A DNA stretch of 64,000 nt, from NCBI RefSeq assembly GCF_000143415.4, contig NW_003314261.1, positions 4,690,691 through 4,754,690 on the forward strand. Direction: 5' to 3'. This stretch comes from Selaginella moellendorffii. Its lineage: Eukaryota > Plantae > Lycopodiophyta. Numbering within the stretch: the stretch's first letter is position 1; each line of letters opens with the position of its first letter. Both the position numbers and the translations under genes were made by a program. The notes below the pieces were generated by a model. The model had not been told where the DNA came from. It did not search any database and saw only the letters and a list, made by a program, of their open reading frames with translations. Positions 11,301 to 20,411 of the stretch are shown here, piece after piece.

Positions 11301-14269
11301 CCTATGGCTAGAGCACCCAAAGGCAGAAGGTGGGGAGAGTACCTATAAGGCTTGTGTAGGGCCACAGTGTTCCGAAACGTTGTCCCAAAGTCCCAAATTA
11401 TGGAAAGAAAGAGGAGCAATCCTTTGGTGTGGTGACCAAGGATACGGGGTGAAGAAGTCTCAAAGGACAGTGGGACTTAGTGGTCGAGTTTGTGGGTCTT
11501 ATCTTAATAGTAATGTTAGCAAATATGGCTATGAACGGAAAAGGGACTTGGTGGGGATTGTAAAAGGGATATTGGGGAAGGCTATTTCCTATGTCTATGG
11601 GCATCTTAAGTATGTTAAGGAGTGGATCTAGGATGCTCACTTATGGATGGATGGCCCAATCTTTGAGAGATGGGACTGTGATGCAGGTGGTATTGTACCA
11701 CCGGTGTAACCAAGGTGAATAGGCATGGCCTTAGCATAATGGGCTGATATGTCAATGGTACGTTGGGGTGTTAGTCATGGGATCGGACATGTGGAGCACT
11801 TGGAACAAGTGCAAAGGTTGGGTGGCATGGATGTCATTCTCGGGGCTAGCAAGCCTTAAGTCCTGAATTGGACTTATGGAGGTTGTGAATGAGACTCCTC
11901 CAAGTGGTCGGAGGTGTGGTTAAGTGACTAAAGTAGAATGGAAAAATTAGTCGCTTACAATTTCGTATCAAAGTTGTTCCTTAGTTCGACTTTTATTAGT
12001 GCTCAAGGATATCACCACTTGTATTGGCATCAGAAGGCTTGAGGAGTGGGTCTATTGAGGAGTAGCAAGTTGGGAGGACATGGCTCTCCACTACAGTTCA
12101 TAGGTGAACTTGTAGGCAAAGTGGTGGATAGAAATGGGCCAATAAAGGAACAATTTTGGGATCTTGGGAACAATATAATGTTTTCCTCAGAGAGTTGAAG
12201 ATGTGATCTAGATGAGTGTTTAACATAGCAAACTGGCTATTGTAGTTTTGATACACAACTATAGTTGGGATCACGGGAAAGATAAAGACTCCAAAACAAT
12301 AAAGGAGTTATAAGATTATCCTTATATAGTTAAGGCTAATGCTCATGAATTTGAGACTGGAATTAATGATCATGAGAGGTCAAATACGGATGAGGACACA
12401 AGTCCTTGAAATAGTAGCGGGGTTACCTTTTATAAATGCTGAAACAAACCTAAAGAGTTGGGGGTGTGCTCAGAGGATGAGTCAGTATTCTCATCATATG
12501 GACAGATAGTCCTAAGGGGCAAAGGTAGCCCATAAAGAATAGAAAATAATCAAGTGTTAAAGTAACATTTGCAAAGATAATCTTTATGAGTAGGACATAA
12601 ATACAAGGAGTTGTATTCCAGGGAGCTGCACCTTAAAAAATAGGACCTTATGGGTCATCAGATTAGCAAAGTCCAAAAAGCTGGATGACTCAAGTAGAGT
12701 TAAGAAATGGTCTTAAGGGATTGGTAGAAACATTTGGACTAAGGTGTGTTATGCCCCATAAAGGATGGGGAGGATCATAAGTTCCAAGTATGAGAATAGT
12801 GGGTATCTCATTGATGGCAGAATGTGCTATACTAAAATCATGGGAAAAAGTTCTCAGAAGAAAACAACTTTGACACAAAATTGTGTGTAAACTATATAGT
12901 GAAGTGCTAACGGATAGTTGGCATAAAAAACAATTGTATTGGTCTTTGCAAATACCTAGACACAAATAAAAAGTGTTATAAAGGTAAGCTCATGGAACTG
13001 ATGGTGTGGAGATACCAAATGTGCCAAAGCGTGATGCCTTGAGGTCAAGTTGGTAGGTTCATGAAAACCCCTTCCCAAAAGAATTCTAATAAAAATGGGA
13101 ATGGCATAGCCTAAGCTGGAAGGCATGCAGTTGGAGTGTGGTGACCTAAATAATGATGAAGGTGTGGAAGCACCAGCAATGAGTTGTAGGACTTGACAAC
13201 TATGAAGCAACTAAGCAAAAGATGCAAAATAATTGATTGGATGGATAGAAGTTAACTACCCAAGACTTTGTATTGGGATAAGGAAATTAGATATACCCTT
13301 ATGAAAGATAATTTACTTATGTTGTAATATAGTAAATCAATGTTGTAAAGGGAATGCTCATTATCAAAGAAGGCCATCATTGGAACACCCAAACACTCTA
13401 AAACACTAGGAAGTGGTGTTTGGTGTTATGAGGGCATTAAATAAAGCTCAAGGGACTAAATCCCTAGCGAATGATGGATAGGAAGTGCTATCCAAATGTT
13501 CAAGGTTGCAGAGACGGGAGAAGTCCATCTATCCAAATTGGACAAAGCCAAAAAGGAACTTTGGCAAAGTTAGTGATGGGTATATAAAGACCCATAAATA
13601 ACAACATTAACCTTAATGTATGGGATTACAATGTGAGCATGACCGGATTAAGGAACCACTCCCTAGGCTATCGAGTAGGTTCATTCTTAAGAATACTTGC
13701 TGAGGCATGGTAGAAAGTGCAAAGCTATCCTCCTAGTCTAGAGGAGAATAACCAAAAGAAACGTGTGAAGCCAAAAAATAAGTAGTAAAGGGATAGAATT
13801 GAACCATAGGAATCAAAGCGCATAACCAAGGGTGATTATGTGAGTTGGGAGTGTTATTATTTGCAATCATGATGCCATAGAGAGTTTAAGATATGGAATT
13901 ATTCATGTTAGACCATATAGCAATTAAAAAGCTTGCAAAAAAAAAAGCCTTAGCAAGCTAAGGGATAAAGTTCTTTCAAGGTTCTTAAAGATAATTCTAG
14001 GTAGCCTTGTACCTAGAAAGGCAATGTGAGACAAAAAATCCCTAGACCCCAAAGTGGAGCTAGAAGGGTGCCATGTGGTAGTGGCCGAAGTGAAAGCCAA
14101 ACGAGCATAACATGTTTGGACTAAAAGCTCCAACTTGAAAGGTCGAGAGCGGGAGTGCAACTCTCAACAAAGTGCTCAAGGAACAAGCACGAAGCGAGCA
14201 ATAAGTGAGGCTCCAAAAAGGGACCCAAAAGGACCAACACATGACACGTGGAAGTGTCCAAGATGGAGT

Positions 14270-14592
14270 CCAAGATGGACCGAGACGGAATCCGAGATGG
14301 AGTTCGAGATGGAGTCTGAGATGGACCGAGACGGAGTCCGAGATGGAGCCCGAGATGGAGTCCAAGATGGAATCCGAGATGGAGTCCGAGAAGGACCCGA
14401 GATGGAGTCCGAGGTTGAGACCGGGACTGAGACCGAGACCGAGACTGAGATCAGGATCGAGACCAAGGCCGAGGCCAAGACCAAGCCCGAGCCCGAGTCC
14501 GAGTCCGAGTCCGAGTCCGAGTCTGAGTCCGAGTCCGAGTCTGAGTCCGAATCCGAGTCCGAGTCCAAGTCCGAGTCCGAGTTCGAGTCTGA
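14270..14592 (+). repeat. 12-mer (GATGGAGTCCGA) and 6-mer (GAGTCC/GAGACC) tandem array within LTR B
   Basis: Directly visible periodic array. It explains the ESESES/SPSPSP/DSDSDS ORFs in several frames. Confidence 0.9.
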
Positions 14593-15263
14593 GAGGATGA
14601 AAGCCTAAAGCATTCATCTCCCAAACCCTGGGGGGTTTGGTGAGCTCCAAAAGTATAGTAAGAGGGAGGACTGCAGTGGAGCCAGTTTAGCTAGAAAAGG
14701 CCAATTTGGCCCAGAAAGGCTGTACCTAGTGTTGGGTGATGAGCTGCCCACTGGGAAGTCCAAGACTAGAGTGAACATGGACCGACAAGCGGGGTAGCTT
14801 GGTGAAGTGTTCAAGAGCCGGCTCTAGTTCCCCTGGGAGATCGACTGGCTAATGCTCCCAGTCCAAGTGTGGGTGGCACTACCTACTTGGATACCTGGCA
14901 TGGCTCAACAGAACCTCGCTCTACGCCCATGGCTAGAGCACTCAAATGCAAAAGGTGGGTGTAAGGAACTGACTCCCCGAGATGTCGTAGGCTAAAGGAT
15001 CCCCGAAAGCTTGACCAAAATGACAAAGAGTTCATCGGATGGGACCAAGTCGAAGATCGAGTCCAAGACCGACTCTGAGACCGAGTTCGAGATAGAGTCC
15101 GGGATCGAGCCGAGGCCGAATCGGAGACCGAGATCGAGACCGAGTTCGAGACAAAGTCCAAGATCCAAATCGGGTCCGAGACCGAGTCCGAGGTCGAGTC
15201 CGAAGTCGAGTCCGAGATCAAATATGAGACTAAGTCCAAATACTAATACGAGTCAAGGGGTGA

Positions 15264-15363
15264 NNNNNNNNNNNNNNNNNNNNNNNNNNNNNNNNNNNNN
15301 NNNNNNNNNNNNNNNNNNNNNNNNNNNNNNNNNNNNNNNNNNNNNNNNNNNNNNNNNNNNNNN
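15264..15363. other. Assembly gap (100 N) inside the 5' LTR of A
   Basis: N run. The equivalent 3' LTR segment is ~160 bp. Confidence 0.99.
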
Positions 15364-18300
15364 AGCATGGGCTTGGGTGGTGCCGGAGGGGCCACCCAGG
15401 GAAGTGCTCAAGAGCAGCTCCCGCTCCCGAAAGGGAAACTGACTGCGGTGCTCCCGGCTCATGTGGAGTGGTGCCCCATTTGAGTACCTTGTGGCTCATT
15501 GGTCCTCACCCTTCCTAGGGGCTTGGGCCTTCCCTTTGGGATGGAAGTGGGGGGGTAGAGGTACCCATACCGGGCCATTAGGCCACGGTGTTTTGCCCCG
15601 ATGTCCCGAAGCAAGTGTTGCACCCAAGGCTTGGGATTTAGAGGGTCCCATGATTAAGCTTTGTTGTACCAAGGGGTGTTAGGAACCTGGAGGCTTGGTG
15701 TGCTTGGCTACTTGTGCCTGCGGGGAGTGTAGCCAAACCTTAAGTCCAGTCCAACCCGGGGAGGGGGATTGGGAGAGATTTGGGAATCCGTGGATGGAAG
15801 GCTAACTCTCCGTTGCTCGTGCAGTAAGTAGCTGAAACCAAGTAGGACCAAGTAGGAGCTGGTGCAATAGGCGAGAACCTTGGTGAGGGAACTTAGCACA
15901 AGCCAAGGCAGTGTTGGTCAGATAGACGAAGTAAGCTGGCAAATTGGAAAGGAAATATTTGTGGCTTACAATTTGGTTTTAGAGCCTTTTCCTCAGTTCT
16001 AGCGAAGGATAGAGGCGGATTGCTGGGAGATGGCAAAGGTAGGGCTTAAGCGAACCCAGGCGGAGATGGAACCTCCGCCAGAGTTGGAGCCTCCGGTCGA
16101 ACAAGAGGCTATGGATGAGGAATCCATGCATGAGGAGGATTCCAGTGAGGAAACTTCCAAACAGGAGTCCGGTGGTGAGGTTCGGTCGTCCAAGGCTCAT
16201 TTGGACATTCTAGAAGGACAATTGGCGTAGACCAACGCCCTACTGGAGACTCTCGTACACAAGCTAAAGCGTGACGAGAAGCAGAAGAAAACGCAAAAGA
16301 CTGCGGATGTTGGTAGCACAAAGGGTGCGAACACTTCGGTAGGGACTGAGGCAGAACCAAACAAGGTCGAACAGACCGAAGTGGAATCAGTCCCTCAGGC
16401 AGTTCCCAAGTACAAACCAAAGCCCCCACCAGTCTTCAAGGGAGTGAATGACTATAAAGTGGTGGAGGATTGGTTTTATGATATGGAGGATTACTTCCAA
16501 GCGTTGCGGTTACCAAGCTCGGAGAAGGTCCCATGTGCAAAACCATACTTGGCAGATAATGCCAAGTCTTGGTGGAGAACGACAGAGGCCAATGAAGGAC
16601 CGGTGGCCACTTGGGAAATGATGAAGGCGAGGATCCGTGCGACTTATGTTCCTTTGAATGCTACTCTGCATCTAAGAGACGAGTTGAGTAGGCTGAAGCA
16701 AACCGGAACCATTCAGGAGTATGTGAATGGGTTTATGGCAAAGAGGATACTTGTCACGGACATGGGGGATATGGATGCGTTCCATGCCTTCATATCAGGT
16801 TTGCAAACCTGGGCTCGCGGTGAGGTGATGCGGTAGAACCCGATCAATTACAAGGAAGTGTTGGATGCGGCCATCAAGGTGCATTTCTACGATAACCTGC
16901 GAAAGGGAAACACGATGGGGTCGGGGTCCACGTTTAGCAAAGGGGCCAAACCAAGGGGAACGTATAGCCGAGGGAAATTCAAGAAGAGTTTCTCTAAGAA
17001 TGAGTCCTCGGGGTTCCGGAAAGGCAAATCCGGTAGCCAGCAAGCGAGCATGTGGGGGAGTCAAGCGAAAAGAGACAAACCCACGGATAAGAAGGTCAAG
17101 TCGTATAGCAGTGTGGGAAACAACATATGCTACAACTGCGGTGAAGCGGGACACTTTTCGAGGGAATGTCCCTACCCGAAGAAGGCCAGAGCCAATATGG
17201 CCATCAAGTCGGGTGAAGTCCAAACTGAGGTATGTGATCCAGTCCCTAACTCAAAGTTACTCATTACACGAGCAACTTTGGTAGAGAGTCGTTCGCGACA
17301 TCTACTAGCCCTCCGAGGGAAGCTCGGAGGTAGCTTTGTTAAGATCTTTATTGACACGGGTGCTTCAGATAATTTTGTGGCTGCAGACATATTCTGGCAA
17401 GCCGGACTAATGGTGCAGTAGCTAGGTGAACCAAGGACTATAGAGTTTGTTCAAGGTAGCCAAAGCACCGATGAGGTACTTCGACAAGCGAGAGTAGAAG
17501 TGGGGACTTGGAAAGTGGACATAGATTTCACCGTGTTGGACATGGTGGGATTTAACGTGATCTTCGGAATGGATTGGTTCAATCGGTTCATGGTAGTCCT
17601 GCATGGACAAGGTAGAAACCTTGTGCTACTGGCGAATGCCCAAGGAAGAAGATCTAGGGTGGAGGCCCAGGATCTAAAGGTAGGGCAAAGCAAGGCCAAA
17701 GATTCCTGCTTAAACCTTGTGTCCACGAGAGGACAACTCACTAAAGGAACTAAGGCGGCATTTTTGTGCTTACTCTCGGTGAAAAGTGACAAAAAGACAA
17801 GAACGGAAGAAGTACCTTTAGTGATCCAACGGGTGTTAGACCAATTCCAGGATACCATGCCGGAGGAGCTACCAGCGGGGTTGCTCCCCGCACGACCGAT
17901 AGAACATAAGATTGAGCTGGTCGAGGGTGCTGAGGTGGTGGTTCGTCCCCCCTATCGTTTGAATGAAAAAGAACTCAAGGAGCTCAAGTGCCAACTAAAG
18001 GAGTTGGTGGACAAAGGGTATGTTAGGTTGAGCAAGTCGCTGTATGGGGCGCCGGTGTTATTTGTGAAAAAGAAAGATGGATCTATGCGCATGTGCATAG
18101 ACTATCGGTTGCTCAACAAGTATACAAAGAAGAACAAGTACCCTTTGCCAAGGATTGAGGACCTATTCGATAGGTTGGGAAAGGCAAAATACTTCTCAAG
18201 GATTGACCTAAGGTTAGGATACTACTAGATTAGGGTAGCCGAGGAAGATGTTGAGAAGACAACCTGTCAAACAAGGTATGGGAGCTTTAAGTTTTTGGTG

Positions 18301-19903
18301 ATGCCCTTCGGGCTATGTAATGTGCCGGCGACGTTTTCGGCGCTGATGAACCACATCTTTGTACCCTATTTGGATCACTTCGTGGTTGTCTATATCGATG
18401 ACATCCTTATCTATAGTGAGACGCTAGAGGAGCATGCCGAACACTTAGCGAAAGTGTTTGAGAAACTAAGGGAACACAAACTATATGCTAAAGAGAGCAA
18501 ATGTGACTTTGCTCAACAAGAGGTAAAATTTCTTGGGCATGTGGTGGGCCAGGACGGGCTCAAAGTGGACCCGGAGAAGGTCCAAGCGATCCAGGAATAG
18601 GAGCGACCATCGAATGTACATGAGTTGAGGGCATTCTTGGGGCTATGCAACTACTACCGAAAGTTTATCAGACACTATTTGAGAGTAGCCCTACCCTTAA
18701 TAGACCAAACAGGAAAAGGGAAGATGGTATGGACAGCGGAATGCGAGGCGGCATTCGTCCACCTCAAAGGGAAGTTGAGGAAGGCTCCCGTGTTGGCATT
18801 ACCAAACTTTGGTAAGGACTTTAAGGTAGAAACGGATGCTTCGGACTTTGCGTTGGGCGTAGTTTTGAAGCAAGACAACCATCCAGTAGCGTTCTTCTCG
18901 AAGAAGTTGGACAAGGCTCAAAGGAAGTGGCCTGCCCATGAGAAGGAATTGTTTGCGGTGGTCAAGGCGCTCAAGGAGTGGCGACACTACCTTGGGAGAC
19001 ACTTTAATGTTTACATGGACAATGTGGCAACGAAACACTTCTTGTCACAGCCCGACCTAAGAGGGAAACAGGGTCGGTGGGCCAATGCCTTGGCCGAGTT
19101 TGATTGCGAGATTCTGTACAAGCCTGGGAAGAGCAACATCATGGCAGATGCGCTAAGTCAAAAAGCGAGCTTGAGGTTGGTGATATCCAGCGCAACAGCA
19201 ACCTTCTGGGACGATGTGCGGACAGCATATGAGAATGATGGTCTAGCACAAGAAGTGTTGCTGAGGAATCTAGAGGCACGGGAAGCTCACCAGAGAGGTG
19301 AGCTACCCACGGAAGAGAAAACGGGCTATGCGGAATGCAACAGACTCATCTATTACAAGCAAACAAGGGTGTATGTTCCAGAAGGGGAACTAAGGAAGGT
19401 AGCCTTAGAAGAGTGTCATGATGGACCTCTTGCTGGACACGGCGGAGTGCTTAAGACGATGGGCTTACTCAAGAGGAAATACCATTGGCCAGATATGGCT
19501 AAGGACGTCCAAGACTATGTAAAGACATGTCCAACATGTCAGCAGGTCAAAACTGTGACTAAGGCTAGTGGGGGCTTATTGCAAAGCATCCCAATTCCAG
19601 ATCGCCCATGGAAATGTCTTACGATGGACTTCATCACTAGACTCCCCCCAAGCGAGGGGTTTGATGCGATATTTGTGGTGGTGGACTGATTTTCAAAAAT
19701 GGCACATTTCATACCCACCACAATGGAAGTGGATGCGGAAGGTGTGGCAAAGCTGTTCTTTGAACAAGTGGTTCGAGTGCGGGGAAGGCTGGAAGAGATC
19801 ATCTCAGATCGAGATAAAATCTTCACTAGTAGGTTCTGGAGGACTCTCCTGGAACAGTATCGCACCAAGTTGAAATTCAGCACAGCATGTCACCCACAGA
19901 CAG

Positions 19904-19950
19904 GTATGGGGTATTAAGTCAAGTTTGGTGGCACTAACACTTCTTGACAG
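19904..19950 (+). other. 47-nt GT-AG intron in the integrase core of element A
   Basis: GTATGG...CACTAAC...TTCTTGACAG. Removal restores HPQT|DG(Q>*)MER and the frame. Confidence 0.85.
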
Positions 19951-20359
19951 ATGGATAAATGGAAAGGCAGCTGAAGGATTATTTGCGATGCTATGTCTCG
20001 GGAGACCAGACCGATTGGGTGAGTCATTTTGGACTTGTGGAAATGTGTTATAACAACTCATTACATTCGAATATCGGGGTGAGTCCATGGGAAGTCATCA
20101 ATGGGCGAGCTATTGAAGGTCCTATGGAACTCGGCGTGGCCGAGTATCATGGAGAGCTACCCGCAGTGGAGGCATTCACTGCGGAAAGACTCAATATTTG
20201 GAATCTAGTGAGGGATTCCTTAGAACGGGCTTAACAAAGGCAAACCAAGTATGCAAACCAAAAGCGCCGGGATGTAGAGTTCCAAGCTGGGGAGAAGGTG
20301 TGGCTGAACACCAAGAACCTCAGGCTACCAAGTGGGATCAACCAGAAGTTGACCCAAAG

Positions 20360-20411
20360 GTAAAAATGCATGTATTCCTGTAAATGAATTGATCTTGAGT
20401 TCCTTAAGCAG
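20360..20411 (+). other. 52-nt GT-AG intron just before the GPY/F motif of element A
   Basis: GTAAAA...TTAAGCAG. Removal restores KLTQR|FAGPY and the frame into the chromodomain. Confidence 0.85.

Noticed and set aside
14270-14592. Array as CRISPR-like
   Set aside because: Contiguous short tandem units with no unique spacers, in a eukaryotic LTR.
14060-14650. Long ORFs of ES/SP/DS/GL dipeptides on both strands
   Set aside because: By-products of the 6/12-bp LTR array, which is open in several frames.
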